Source: a candidate division WOR-3 bacterium UBA6260 (GTDB taxonomy: Bacteria; Hydrothermota; 32-111). From it: a stretch of DNA of 64,000 nt. The notes below the pieces were generated by a model. The model saw nothing but the letters and a program-made list of their open reading frames with translations. It was not told where the DNA came from and did not search any database. The translations under genes and the position numbers were made by a program. The stretch covers positions 153,383-217,382 of the forward strand of contig DJVI01000003.1 of the NCBI GenBank assembly GCA_002441125.1, read 5' to 3'. Shown here piece after piece: positions 17,550 to 27,520 of this stretch (its first letter is position 1; every line of letters begins with the position of its first letter).

Positions 17550-18123
17550 TTTTACCTTCCTCTGTTTTTGTTTGGGCTCCTGGACCTTTATAGTAGGTTG
17601 ACATAGTTAAAACAACCTGAATAGTGTTAAGGTTTTCATCTGATGTTTTCAAAGGTTTTATAGCTATACTGTTAACTTTGGTAATCCTCTTTTGATTCCC
17701 CATATCTGTTAAAAACTGTCCAAGAGATGAGTAAGTTGCATTCAATGTTATTTCATGGTTTAGATTAGCATAATCGTTTGTGACTGATACACTCAAAGGT
17801 TTAATATTCATTACTTTAACATTGTTTTTATTAGCGTAAACTGTCAGAGTATCAAGCGCATCTTCAAGGAGTTGGGAGTCTGGTAGCATTTTATTTGCAA
17901 TTTTTAACTGGTTTTCAAGTATTTTCAATCTTTTTGAATATTCAGCATAACTTGCTGCAACCTTTCTCGCTTCGTTAACCTGAGTGTTAAGTTTATCGTT
18001 CTCAGCTTTCAGTTGAGCAATAGTTTTTGAATTTTTTGAATAGTCGAATTTCCAGTATAGAAAGAGGATCGCTATCAGAACAACCACCGTTACGATTGTT
18101 TTTATTAAATTATTTTTTTCCAT
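17530..18123 (-). CDS. pilO: Type IV pilus assembly protein PilO
   Basis: N-terminal TM helix, coiled coil, LPD, ATYSSLGQFL..RIT. Confidence 0.85.
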   Translation of the reverse strand: MEKNNLIKTIVTVVVLIAILFLYWKFDYSKNSKTIAQLKAENDKLNTQVNEARKVAASYAEYSKRLKILENQLKIANKMLPDSQLLEDALDTLTVYANKNNVKVMNIKPLSVSVTNDYANLNHEITLNATYSSLGQFLTDMGNQKRITKVNSIAIKPLKTSDENLNTIQVVLTMSTYYKGPGAQTKTEEGKNVKKKK

Positions 18124-18132
18124 CTGCCACCC

Positions 18133-18711
18133 CTATTTTTTGTAGGTACAATTTATTTCAAAAGAGATTATATCGTAGCCACCCTCTGGTTTGTTGACTA
18201 TATCTTTCAATACAAAATTATCAAAATACTCATTCTCTTTTTTCATGTTTGTCAAAAGTTCTGTTATCATAAGGTTTGAAAAGGTTTTTCCTTTCAACAC
18301 CAACCTTTTCTCTTTTACTGTCAAATCTTCAAGCCAAACATACTCTGGAAGAAGTTGATTTAACTTATCAAGAAGTTGAGCGTAAGCAAACTTTCCGGCT
18401 ATAAGATTTTTTATAGTTTCGATTTTTGCATTTATCTCATTCTCTTTTTCTTTCATCTTCTCAACTTTTGCAACCTCTTCCTGCAATTTTTTGAGTTCAT
18501 TCTGTTTTTCACTTATCTTCTTTTTCAACTGGTTCATCTGTCCAACCTGTGAAAAATGTATTATAAATATCAAAATGAAAAGAAGGACAGCGACACCTAT
18601 CGAAACGAAAAATCCGAGATTGGTTGGAATCTTTATACCTATTTTAGGTATTCCTCCCTCACTCTTTTTTCGCTTTCTCTCTTCTTCTGGAAGTAAATTT
18701 ATCTCTATCAT
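18133..18711 (-). CDS. pilN: Type IV pilus assembly protein PilN
   Basis: MIEINLLP, TM helix, coiled coil, LPEYVWLEDL. Confidence 0.9.
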   Translation of the reverse strand: MIEINLLPEEERKRKKSEGGIPKIGIKIPTNLGFFVSIGVAVLLFILIFIIHFSQVGQMNQLKKKISEKQNELKKLQEEVAKVEKMKEKENEINAKIETIKNLIAGKFAYAQLLDKLNQLLPEYVWLEDLTVKEKRLVLKGKTFSNLMITELLTNMKKENEYFDNFVLKDIVNKPEGGYDIISFEINCTYKK

Positions 18712-18724
18712 CTTTACCTCTCTT

Positions 18725-19753
18725 TTATGGATTTCTTAAACTCAAACCTATAGAAGGAACAAGTAATGGCGAAACTTTTTCCAATTCTTCGAGAGTTAAA
18801 AGCCCTTCTTTAATTTTTATTTTTTTGAAAGGATCAAGTTTCTCAACATTTATTTCAAATCTATTCTTAAAATAATCCAAAATTGCAGGTCCATTCGCTC
18901 CACCACCTGATAGGTATATCTTTTCTATCTTTTCTCTATTTGTAAAAGGAATAGCCCTTTCAATATGTGTGCATATCTCATCATAGAATGAGTCAAGCCC
19001 TTCCTTTATCTTTTCCTCAGGTATTTCGTTTAAAGTTTCACCTTTGAAAACTTTGTCCAACTGTTCTTTTGTTATTCCCGGTATCTTCTGAAGCAAAGAT
19101 TTTATAGCAGTTGTGACATCTCTTGTAAAAAGGTTGTTTGTTCCCTCGATAAAGCTCAATATTGTATTCTCATAACCGATATGGACTAATGTTACCATTT
19201 CGTTTGGAACTGGTTCATAATTCGCTTCAAAACAATTTTGGATAGTGAAAGCTGGAACATCGATAACAGTTGGATTTAACTCCATATCTTTGATAAGAGT
19301 TATGAATGGATGGAGAATCTCCTTTTTAGCTGCCACAAGCAAAACATCTATCTTACCCTGTTCATCTGAAGGTCCTAAAACTTTGTAATCGAGTTGAACA
19401 TCCTCTATACTGTAAGGAATGTTTGTTTCAGCTTCCTGTTTCACCATTATTGAGAGTTCATTATCCTTCATCTGATCCATCTTCAATTTCTTTACTATAA
19501 CTCCCCTTCCAATAAGAGCACAAGAAACATCTTTCTCTTTTACATCCCTTGAAACTAAAAGATTCTTAACTGTATCAACTAGCTGCAATCTGTCCATAAT
19601 CTCACCATCAGCGATGGCGATATCTGAAAGTTCAGAAAACCCAAAATCTTTCAAAACAGGTTCTCCTGTTGAAAGATCTACGATTGAGTATTTTATGAAA
19701 GAACTTCCGATGTCAAGACCGAGATAAGTTTTTTTTCTTTTTTTAAAAGCCAT
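18725..19753 (-). CDS. pilM: Type IV pilus assembly protein PilM
   Basis: LGLDIGSSFIK, DVLLVAAKKE, IDVPAF, VHIG, IYLSGGGA, IGLSLR; start placed at ATG 19753 after AAGGTGG. Confidence 0.93.
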   Translation of the reverse strand: MAFKKRKKTYLGLDIGSSFIKYSIVDLSTGEPVLKDFGFSELSDIAIADGEIMDRLQLVDTVKNLLVSRDVKEKDVSCALIGRGVIVKKLKMDQMKDNELSIMVKQEAETNIPYSIEDVQLDYKVLGPSDEQGKIDVLLVAAKKEILHPFITLIKDMELNPTVIDVPAFTIQNCFEANYEPVPNEMVTLVHIGYENTILSFIEGTNNLFTRDVTTAIKSLLQKIPGITKEQLDKVFKGETLNEIPEEKIKEGLDSFYDEICTHIERAIPFTNREKIEKIYLSGGGANGPAILDYFKNRFEINVEKLDPFKKIKIKEGLLTLEELEKVSPLLVPSIGLSLRNP

Positions 19754-19766
19754 AATACCACCTTTT

Positions 19767-19952
19767 TTATCCTTCAATAAATTTTTTTATTTCCCTGCCT
19801 TCGATATACCATTTCTTTCCAATCTTCTTTCCCTTTAAAAGTTTCATCTTCAAATGCTTTCTAACAGTCTGCTCTGTAACATTCAATATCTCAGCAACCT
19901 CTGAAACAGTATAAAGTTTATTTTCATCTATCTGTGATGGAATGACTGCCAT
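19767..19952 (-). CDS. Small MerR-like/excisionase-type helix-turn-helix DNA-binding protein (HTH_17)
   Basis: LYTVSEVAEILNVTEQTVRKHLKMKLLKGKKIGKKWYI; GAGG SD upstream. Confidence 0.85.
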   Translation of the reverse strand: MAVIPSQIDENKLYTVSEVAEILNVTEQTVRKHLKMKLLKGKKIGKKWYIEGREIKKFIEG

Positions 19953-20001
19953 ATATCCCTCTTTTTGTATTTTTTTATGCTTTTATACATACTTGTATAT
20001 A

Positions 20002-20029
20002 TTTATACACATTTTATCCACAATGTCAA
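20002..20029 (-). promoter_or_regulatory. Putative sigma70 promoter of the HTH-pilMNOPQ operon
   Basis: Minus strand TTGACA (20029-20024)-N16-TATAAA (20007-20002). Confidence 0.55.
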
Positions 20030-20190
20030 TAGGTTGAAAACATTTTTAACATTTTTTTCTAAGTATATATTTGTTTACAACTTTTAAAATTTTTTAATGA
20101 CTGAAAAATATTTTAAACAAAAGGATTCGGAAAAATATTTAATTTTTTGAATATTTTCATTAGAGAAAATTTTTTCAAAAATGTGGATAA
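20003..20190. promoter_or_regulatory. Cluster of three DnaA boxes (TTATNCACA)
   Basis: TTATACACA 20003-20011, TTATCCACA 20014-20022, TGTGGATAA 20182-20190 in a ~290-bp AT-rich intergenic region. Confidence 0.65.
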
Positions 20191-20244
20191 CTTTTTTCTT
20201 GATATTTTAAAAATTTTTCATAAAATGTTCAAAAAGGGGTATAT

Positions 20245-20697
20245 ATGGAAAAAGAAAAGATTTTTGAAGAAGTTTTTGAAAAAATTAGAAATTTTGATCA
20301 TAGTGACAGAAATAGTTTGTTAAAAAATATCGTAAACATTTTAAAAGAAAATTTTGAACATTATGACTGGGTTGGATTTTACCTTGTGAAAGAAGGTAAA
20401 CTTGTCCTTTCAGAGTATAATGGAGAACCAACGATACATACAAAGATAAATTTCGGTGAAGGTATATGTGGGCAGGCTGCTGAAAGAAAAATAACTTTCA
20501 TAGTTAAGGATGTTTCAAAAGAAAAAAATTATTTATCCTGTTCCCCAAAAGTAAAATCTGAAATAGTTGTTCCAATATTTAAAAATAGTAATATCGTCGG
20601 AGAACTTGATATAGATTCTCATAAAATAAACGCTTTCGATGATACTGATAGAAAATATCTTGAAAGTATATGTAAATATCTTGAGAATCTCTTTTAA
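20245..20697 (+). CDS. msrC: GAF-domain protein, free methionine-(R)-sulfoxide reductase-like
   Basis: WVGFY, GEGICGQAA, NYLSCS, SEIVVPI, GELDIDS. Confidence 0.75.
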   Translation: MEKEKIFEEVFEKIRNFDHSDRNSLLKNIVNILKENFEHYDWVGFYLVKEGKLVLSEYNGEPTIHTKINFGEGICGQAAERKITFIVKDVSKEKNYLSCSPKVKSEIVVPIFKNSNIVGELDIDSHKINAFDDTDRKYLESICKYLENLF

Positions 20698-21263
20698 TCT
20701 ATTATCGAATCAAGATAAAAATATTCTCTATTTTTGAAAAATCCTACTATCCCGTATTCAAAATTCAAAATATACTTTTCATAAACTGTTGTATCTTTTT
20801 GATCAACCATCAACAAAATGTTTATAGTCACAAAATATGATGAACTGAAGTCTTTCAATGTTTTTACAGAATCAACAAAACAGGAATAAAAGTATTTTAA
20901 ACCGTTGTTTTCATAACTTTCATATATTTTTTGATCTTTTAAAAGGTAAGTCGGGAAAAATGGAATTTCATAAGGATATCCCTCAAAAATAATCCTTTTA
21001 TATTCAAAATCTCCAAGATGGTAAAACAAATTTTCTTGATAATCAAAATTATACCTTTTATACTCTATTCCTTCTATTGTAGTATCACCTGTAAACTGAA
21101 TAGTTGATATATTATTATTTTTATCAGAATAATACCTTATAGAGTATTTTACATCATCGTTCAGAAAGCTCGTTCCTGTGGTTTTTATTATGTTGTAATC
21201 AAGACCACAGTTAAAAGTCATTAGAGATAATGTTAAGATTAAAAATAAAATTATCTTTTCCAT
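20694..21263 (-). CDS. Hypothetical secreted protein/lipoprotein
   Basis: 190-aa ORF with signal peptide ending TFNC; no recognisable domain. Confidence 0.6.
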   Translation of the reverse strand: MEKIILFLILTLSLMTFNCGLDYNIIKTTGTSFLNDDVKYSIRYYSDKNNNISTIQFTGDTTIEGIEYKRYNFDYQENLFYHLGDFEYKRIIFEGYPYEIPFFPTYLLKDQKIYESYENNGLKYFYSCFVDSVKTLKDFSSSYFVTINILLMVDQKDTTVYEKYILNFEYGIVGFFKNREYFYLDSIID

Positions 21264-21711
21264 CAAAAATTTTCTCCCTCAAATATCCAACAGAGAAACC
21301 AAAAAATGTTTCGAAAAACTTATAATCGAAATTTAAATAAGGTGAAAGAAATTCACAAAAACCTTTTTCAACATTATCGTTATCTCTCTTTTCAATATAT
21401 GAAAGACCTAAATCAGTTTGAAAAGATACTCTGTAATTATCTTTCTCAATGAAAAAAAGTTTGTATCCGCATCCAAAATTTATCAGATTCAGACGGTAGG
21501 TTTCCCTATATGTTTTATAAGAAGAGATCTCTGCTGTTGTTAAAAATGAAAAACTCTTCATCCTTAAAATCTGGTAATCAACTTTTAACCCATTACCATT
21601 TTTAAGATAGTAAGACCAATCACCAAAAGGGATTTTCGTTGTGAATGAAATTCCTAAATCTTTTGAATAAATATTTACACTTAAAGAGAAAATAAATATA
21701 GTTAAAAAAAT
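21211..21711 (-). CDS. Putative outer-membrane beta-barrel protein (start uncertain)
   Basis: Hydrophobic signal-like IFLTIFIFSLSVNIYS, then amphipathic strands with Gly/aromatic alternation and terminal Phe; the ORF-track N-terminus runs through tRNA-Val. Confidence 0.5.
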   Translation of the reverse strand: MFLTIFIFSLSVNIYSKDLGISFTTKIPFGDWSYYLKNGNGLKVDYQILRMKSFSFLTTAEISSYKTYRETYRLNLINFGCGYKLFFIEKDNYRVSFQTDLGLSYIEKRDNDNVEKGFCEFLSPYLNFDYKFFETFFGFSVGYLREKIFDGKDNFIFNLNIISNDF

Positions 21712-21712
21712 T

Positions 21713-21786
21713 TGGGCGAAACAGGATTCGAACCTGTGACCTCCTGCTTGTAAGGCAGGCGCTCTCACCAGCTGAGCTATCCGCCC
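21713..21786 (-). tRNA. tRNA-Val(TAC), CCA not encoded
   Basis: GGGCGGATAGCTCAGCTGGTGAGAGCGCCTGCCTTACAAGCAGGAGGTCACAGGTTCGAATCCTGTTTCGCCCA; cloverleaf checked by hand. Confidence 0.97.
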
Positions 21787-21799
21787 TTTGAAGATGCTT

Positions 21800-21828
21800 A
21801 TTATATTTATTTTTTCCCTTTCAGTCAA
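21800..21828 (-). promoter_or_regulatory. Sigma70 promoter of tRNA-Val
   Basis: TTGACT (21828-21823)-N17-TATAAT (21805-21800), 13 nt upstream of the mature tRNA. Confidence 0.75.
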
Positions 21829-21836
21829 CATAAATT

Positions 21837-23153
21837 TTACCTGAGATCTGTAAAATCACCTTTACAGATATCGATAATACCTTCCTTGATTATCTTCTCT
21901 ATTCTGTATGTTCCCATAGTTGGTGCTCTCATATAGCCATCCCATGCAGCTTCAGCATACCTTCCACTATCAAGAACATAAAACAGCCAATCGTTAACAT
22001 ACTCAGGTTCATCCTGTGCGAAACCTGAACCTATATGTGTCAACCATCTCTGGTTAAAAAATTCATGTGCTCCAACTGGTGGTGCTATTATTATAGGCAA
22101 ACCTAACGCTGTATAGAATGACATCTCTGATGGTTTCGTCCAAATGATATCAACATCTCTCAACTCTCTGTTAAAACTTTCAAAATATAACATTTTTGAA
22201 CTTTCATAGATGATTTTCAAATTTTCATTTTTGTTAAGAGATAGTTTCTCAAGTTCAACCTCAAAATAATTTTTAACATCCTCCCTTATTCCAGCAACAA
22301 GAATCAACTTTATTTTCCCTTCCTCTATTTTTTCTTTTAAAGATTTTACAACCTTTATACCTATATCTTTCTGAGCACCTGCACCTCCAACCATATAGCA
22401 TAAGGTCAAAGGTCTTGAAACTTTTGAAGGTAACTCTCCAAGATATTTTCTTATAACATCCTTGTAAATACTAATGAATCTTTCCTTTGGATCGAGTATC
22501 CTTATCCTTTTCAAAAGGTCTGTTTTTAATATCTCTTGATTTTCTCCAATGTTTTCCTTTGGTAAAGGAAAACCAGTTATGAATATGTTACAACTCTCAA
22601 CCCCATATTTTAAAAGTCTAATTGAAGCATGTCTTGTAGGTGTTAAAAATTTTATCTTCGATTTTTTAGGATCATCCGAAACCCACACCCTGTTAATATC
22701 CGTATCAGTTATTATAGAAAAAACATTTTCAAAACCATTGTAATCCGCAGCGAGGGATGGAATAAAATGTGTCGTAATTATGGGAATATCTTTCTCTTTA
22801 ACATGTTCAAGCAACTCTTTACAAAGCCCCATATTAATAAGAGTTTTTAAAAAGTAAACATTACCGTTTGGTTTTTCCAGAAGGTTAAAAGGATAAAATG
22901 GAGAAATCGATTGGAGTTTGTCGTAAAGGTTAAAGATAGATTCACCTATAAGTGGAATATTTTTCGCTCTTGAAACAGCTTCATATCCTGATTGTGATGC
23001 TCTCCATAACAACCTTTCTTTCGTGTTAGAAACATAATCAACATTCGCTGTCAAAATTTTTTCCTCAGCAATATCCTTTAGAGGGTATGCAGCTCTTTGG
23101 TGACCATAACCCATATCGACCGATAAAACCCATGCTCTTTTATCCATAATCAC
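21837..23153 (-). CDS. GT-B glycosyltransferase, MGDG-synthase/UgtP-like
   Basis: SVDMGYGHQRAA, IITTHF, IITD, ITGFPL, VGGAG, WTKPSE, ALGLPIII..P..HE..N. Confidence 0.6.
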   Translation of the reverse strand: MIMDKRAWVLSVDMGYGHQRAAYPLKDIAEEKILTANVDYVSNTKERLLWRASQSGYEAVSRAKNIPLIGESIFNLYDKLQSISPFYPFNLLEKPNGNVYFLKTLINMGLCKELLEHVKEKDIPIITTHFIPSLAADYNGFENVFSIITDTDINRVWVSDDPKKSKIKFLTPTRHASIRLLKYGVESCNIFITGFPLPKENIGENQEILKTDLLKRIRILDPKERFISIYKDVIRKYLGELPSKVSRPLTLCYMVGGAGAQKDIGIKVVKSLKEKIEEGKIKLILVAGIREDVKNYFEVELEKLSLNKNENLKIIYESSKMLYFESFNRELRDVDIIWTKPSEMSFYTALGLPIIIAPPVGAHEFFNQRWLTHIGSGFAQDEPEYVNDWLFYVLDSGRYAEAAWDGYMRAPTMGTYRIEKIIKEGIIDICKGDFTDLR

Positions 23154-23431
23154 TTTAAAATTTTTTCTCCATTACCTATCATATTAAGATTCTCTCTGAC
23201 GATTTTTTCAATATAACTTTTATCATTTTTTAAAAGGTATATTCTCCTTCTCAGAAGAATATTTTCAACTTTTGTCTTTTTTAACTCGTATTGAAGATTT
23301 TTTTCATCAAATTTTGCCTTCATAAGATAAACTATCCCCATCTTTGGTTGAAAAAACAAAGATAATAAAGATATGACAAAAATCACAAAAAAGATTTTAA
23401 AAAAATTTTTATTTTCTCTTCTTCTAAGCAT
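23150..23431 (-). CDS. ftsB: Septum formation initiator (FtsB/DivIC family)
   Basis: One TM helix, coiled coil, YIEKIVRENLNMI..GE; directly after eno. Confidence 0.7.
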   Translation of the reverse strand: MLRRRENKNFFKIFFVIFVISLLSLFFQPKMGIVYLMKAKFDEKNLQYELKKTKVENILLRRRIYLLKNDKSYIEKIVRENLNMIGNGEKILK

Positions 23432-24709
23432 TCACTTCTTTAAATTGTAAAAAGACTCTAATCCCAAAAATTTTGTGTTGTTATCAAACTCTTCTATCCT
23501 TATAAGCTGATTATATTTTGCTATCCTCTCACTCCTTGAAAGTGAACCTGTTTTTATAAATCCAGTGTTCATTCCAACAGCGAGATCAACAATCGTTACA
23601 TCTTCAGTTTCTCCAGACCTATGAGAAACAACAGCTGTCCAACCAGCTTTTTGTGCCATACTTATAGCTTCAACAGTTTCAGTCAATGTCCCTATTTGGT
23701 TAAGTTTTATAAGAACAGAGTTAGCGATTTTTTCTTCAATACCTTTTCTGATAAGTTTTGGATTTGTAACAAAAATATCATCTCCGACAATCTGTATCTT
23801 TTTCCCTAACCTTTCATACATTTTTTTCCAACCATTCCAATCATTTTCACCTAAACCATCCTCTATTGAGATTATCGGATACTTTTCTACCCATTTTTCA
23901 TAAACATCTATCATATATCCACTTTCAACGAGTTGATTTTCAAACCTATATTTACCATCCTCATAAAAACTGCTCGCTGCACTATCAAGAGCGATATAAA
24001 TATCTTTTCCGGGTTGATATCCTGCCTTAGAAATAGCATCCACTAAAATTTTCAAACCTTCCTCATTGTTCTTTAGAGTTGGAGCAAAACCACCCTCATC
24101 ACCAACTCCAGTAAAATATTTATTATCCTTTAAAATTTTCTTCAAAGTACCGAATACTTCGCAGTTCATCCTTATAGCATCGGAAAAAGTTTTTGCATTT
24201 ACCGGAACTATCATATATTCCTGTATATCTAAATTGTTATCAGCATGAGATCCACCATTAATAACATTTGACATTGGAACTGGTAGAATGTGTGAATAGA
24301 AACCACCAATATATTTGTAAAGAGGTATCTGGAGCTCAGAAGCCATAGATTTTGCAACCGCAACAGAAACTCCCAATATAGCGTTAGCACCAAGTTTAGA
24401 TTTGTTTTCAGTTCCATCGAGTTCTATCAATTTTTTATCAATACCTATCTGATCGAAAGCATCATATCCAACAAGTTCCAAGGCGATAATTTCGTTGACA
24501 TTTTTTACAGCAGTTAAAACACCTTTACCCAAAAATCTCTTCTTATCGTTATCTCTAAGTTCAAGAGCTTCCCTTTCACCAGTTGAAGCCCCAGATGGAA
24601 CAGCAAACCTTCCAACACTTCCACTTTCACAAACAACATCAACTTCTATAGTTGGATTTCCCCTCGAATCTATTATCTCTCTTGCTCTAATTTCCTCAAT
24701 AATTGACAT
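23432..24709 (-). CDS. eno: Enolase
   Basis: [64 protein letters not shown]. Confidence 0.99.
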   Translation of the reverse strand: MSIIEEIRAREIIDSRGNPTIEVDVVCESGSVGRFAVPSGASTGEREALELRDNDKKRFLGKGVLTAVKNVNEIIALELVGYDAFDQIGIDKKLIELDGTENKSKLGANAILGVSVAVAKSMASELQIPLYKYIGGFYSHILPVPMSNVINGGSHADNNLDIQEYMIVPVNAKTFSDAIRMNCEVFGTLKKILKDNKYFTGVGDEGGFAPTLKNNEEGLKILVDAISKAGYQPGKDIYIALDSAASSFYEDGKYRFENQLVESGYMIDVYEKWVEKYPIISIEDGLGENDWNGWKKMYERLGKKIQIVGDDIFVTNPKLIRKGIEEKIANSVLIKLNQIGTLTETVEAISMAQKAGWTAVVSHRSGETEDVTIVDLAVGMNTGFIKTGSLSRSERIAKYNQLIRIEEFDNNTKFLGLESFYNLKK

Positions 24710-24717
24710 TTTTCCTC

Positions 24718-26139
24718 CTATTTTTTTAAAATCTCTTTTAACTTTTCATTTATCAGTTTCGGATTTGCTCTATTTTTAGTTTTTTTCATACACTGCCCAA
24801 CGAGATAACCAAAAAGTTTATCTTCACCATTTTTATATCTTTCAACTTCCTTACCGTTCTCTTCAATTACTTCCATTATCATATTCTCAACATCTTTTTC
24901 GTTTAAAGATAAATTTTCCCCTTCAGATTTAATTATAGTATCTGGGGCATTCCCTGTCAAAGACATTTTTTTCAAAATATCCTGAGCAAAATTCAAATTA
25001 ACTTTTTCTTCATCTATCATCAATAAAAGTTTGTTCAGATCTTTGTGGTTGAATTTTAAATCTTTCACTCCCATTTTTTTCTCATTCAATATTGCCGGAA
25101 TCTCTCTTATAAAAAATTTAGTAACCCTTTTCAAATTCTTAACTCCATCAATACTATTTTCAAAAAAATCAGCGAAATCTTTATCCGATGCTATAATTTC
25201 GCTTTCCTCAAAATTCAAACCATAATCTTTTTGGAATCTTTCCATCTTCTGAAGTGGTAATTCAACAATACTTTTCTTAACATCTTCAATAAAATTTTCC
25301 GAAAGAATAAGATCCGGAAGATCAGGCTCAGGGAAATACCTGTATTCAGAAACACTTTCCTTCTTTCTCATCGGTCTTAATTCCTGTTTCTTCTCGTCAA
25401 AAAGCATTGTGACTGAAACTATTTTTTCACCTTTTGATAAAAGATCCTTCTGTCTTTCTATTTCAAGTATTATCCCTTTTTCAATAGATTTAAAGGAGTT
25501 AAGATTTTTTATCTCAGTTTTTGTTCCAAGTTTTTCATCATCTTTTTTTCTGAGAGAGATGTTTGGTTCTCCCCTCAACTCTCCAAACTCCATATTGGCT
25601 GTTGAAACATCAAGGTATCTCACTATTCTCTGCAGATTTTCAAGATACTCTATAACCTCTTTCTCCGAGTTGAAATCAGGCTCAGTAACTATCTCCATCA
25701 AAGGAACTCCAGCCCTGTTAAAATCGAGTAAACTGTTTTGGTCCTGATCATGTATCATCTTTCCTGTATCCTCTTCAAGATGTATCCTTCTTATCCTTAC
25801 CTTTTTTCCAGACCTTAGTTGCATATAACCTGAAGTTGCAAGAGGAAATTCATGTTGGGTAATCTGGTAACCTTTTGGAAGATCAGGATAAAAATAATTT
25901 TTTCTTGCGAAACCAGAAATTCTGTTTATGTTGCAGTTCAAAGCGAGAGCAGTTTTTATAGCGAGAGGAACAACTTCAAAATTCAATGTCGGCATAACAC
26001 CGGGCATACCCATACAAATAGGGCAAACATTTTTGTTAGGTTCATCGGTAAATTCTGCAGAACATTTGCAAAAAATTTTGCTCTTAGTTTTTATCTGAAT
26101 ATGAGTTTCTACACCTATCGTTACAATGTATTCATTCAT
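24718..26139 (-). CDS. gatB: Asp/Glu-tRNA amidotransferase subunit B
   Basis: [59 protein letters not shown]. Confidence 0.98.
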   Translation of the reverse strand: MNEYIVTIGVETHIQIKTKSKIFCKCSAEFTDEPNKNVCPICMGMPGVMPTLNFEVVPLAIKTALALNCNINRISGFARKNYFYPDLPKGYQITQHEFPLATSGYMQLRSGKKVRIRRIHLEEDTGKMIHDQDQNSLLDFNRAGVPLMEIVTEPDFNSEKEVIEYLENLQRIVRYLDVSTANMEFGELRGEPNISLRKKDDEKLGTKTEIKNLNSFKSIEKGIILEIERQKDLLSKGEKIVSVTMLFDEKKQELRPMRKKESVSEYRYFPEPDLPDLILSENFIEDVKKSIVELPLQKMERFQKDYGLNFEESEIIASDKDFADFFENSIDGVKNLKRVTKFFIREIPAILNEKKMGVKDLKFNHKDLNKLLLMIDEEKVNLNFAQDILKKMSLTGNAPDTIIKSEGENLSLNEKDVENMIMEVIEENGKEVERYKNGEDKLFGYLVGQCMKKTKNRANPKLINEKLKEILKK

Positions 26140-27520
26140 CCTTTTTTATCTCCTCTTCAATAATTTTAACCCAATCTAAAAGGTTATCATCATCGTTTCT
26201 TTTTCCTATGAATTGTACTCCAATCGGAAGTTTTCCATAATAACCTGCGTTTATATTGATAGCTGGTACATTTGCAAGATTTGCAAACGCTGTGAGAGAA
26301 TCTGAAAGATGCATCATAACTGGGTCATCAACCCTTTCCCCTATTTTAAAAGGTAAAGATAATGATGTTGGTAAAACCATCATATCAAAATTTTCAAATA
26401 TCCTATCAACACTGTTTGATATGTAATCTCTCAATTTAAAAGATAGGGAATAGTATTTACCATTTTCATACATCAAAAGATATGTTCCAGTCATTATCCT
26501 TCTTTTAACTTCTTTTCCGAACCCCTCGCCTCTAACCTTTGAATATATATCGAAAAGGTCATTTCCTGAAACTTTCTGTAAACCATACTTTATACCATCA
26601 TACCTTGCAAGGTTAGATGAAGCTTCACACATAGTCTGTATCTTGTATGCAGCCATAGATAGATCTATGAAATCAAGGTTAACAGGTTGCAAAGAAAATC
26701 CCATCCTCTCAAGTTTGGAGCAGATTTCCTCATACTTTTTCGTAACTTTTAAATCAGCGTGTGGAATATCTTTAACAAAACAGATCTTTTTCAAATCCCT
26801 TTTTTCATTTTTATAATCATCTATAGTACTATCATGTTCATCGTTGCCTCTTACAATTTTGAAAACTTTTTTACAATCTGAAACATTTAAGGTTATTATT
26901 CCAACAGTATCAAGTGAAGAAGAAAAAGCAACAAGACCATACCTTGAAATCTTCCCGTAAGTTGGTTTGAATCCCACAACCCCGCAGAAAGAAGCAGGTT
27001 GCCTGACAGAACCACCAGTATCTGAACCTATTGAAAATGTAGAATGTTTTGAAGCAACAGAAACTGCACTTCCTCCACTCGAACCACCAGGAACATATTC
27101 TCTGTCACATGGATTTTTAACAACTCCAAAAAATGATGTCTCGTTCGACGAACCCATAGCGAACTCATCGAGATTGTTCTTTCCTATAAGAACCGCTCCA
27201 CATTTTTTTAACCTTTGATAGACAGTTGAATCGTAGGGACTTATAAAATCTGATAAGATCTTTGAACCGCAAGTCATCCTTAACCCTTTCACAGCAAAAT
27301 TATCTTTAAGAGAAAAAGGTATCCCATCTATATCTGAAACTGTATCTCCCTTTTTATACCTTTTTTCTGAAAGGTATGCAGTTTCGTATGCAATATTTTT
27401 AGATAGAGTTATAAAATCGTTTAGATCATCCTCATCAATCTTTTTGTATAAATTATCAACTATTTCAACAGGGGAAACTTTTCCTGTAATAAAAGATTCT
27501 CTCAAATCCTCAATATTCAT
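26132..27520 (-). CDS. gatA: Asp/Glu-tRNA amidotransferase subunit A
   Basis: KDNF, GKNNLDEFAMGSS, PGGSSGGSA, GSDTGGSVRQPASFCG, RYDG, EVKRRI. Confidence 0.98.
   Translation of the reverse strand: MNIEDLRESFITGKVSPVEIVDNLYKKIDEDDLNDFITLSKNIAYETAYLSEKRYKKGDTVSDIDGIPFSLKDNFAVKGLRMTCGSKILSDFISPYDSTVYQRLKKCGAVLIGKNNLDEFAMGSSNETSFFGVVKNPCDREYVPGGSSGGSAVSVASKHSTFSIGSDTGGSVRQPASFCGVVGFKPTYGKISRYGLVAFSSSLDTVGIITLNVSDCKKVFKIVRGNDEHDSTIDDYKNEKRDLKKICFVKDIPHADLKVTKKYEEICSKLERMGFSLQPVNLDFIDLSMAAYKIQTMCEASSNLARYDGIKYGLQKVSGNDLFDIYSKVRGEGFGKEVKRRIMTGTYLLMYENGKYYSLSFKLRDYISNSVDRIFENFDMMVLPTSLSLPFKIGERVDDPVMMHLSDSLTAFANLANVPAININAGYYGKLPIGVQFIGKRNDDDNLLDWVKIIEEEIKKDE

Noticed and set aside
19767-21786. Integrative element suggested by an excisionase-like HTH near a tRNA
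   Set aside because: No integrase, no duplicated tRNA 3' end noticed, and flanking genes are core chromosomal genes.
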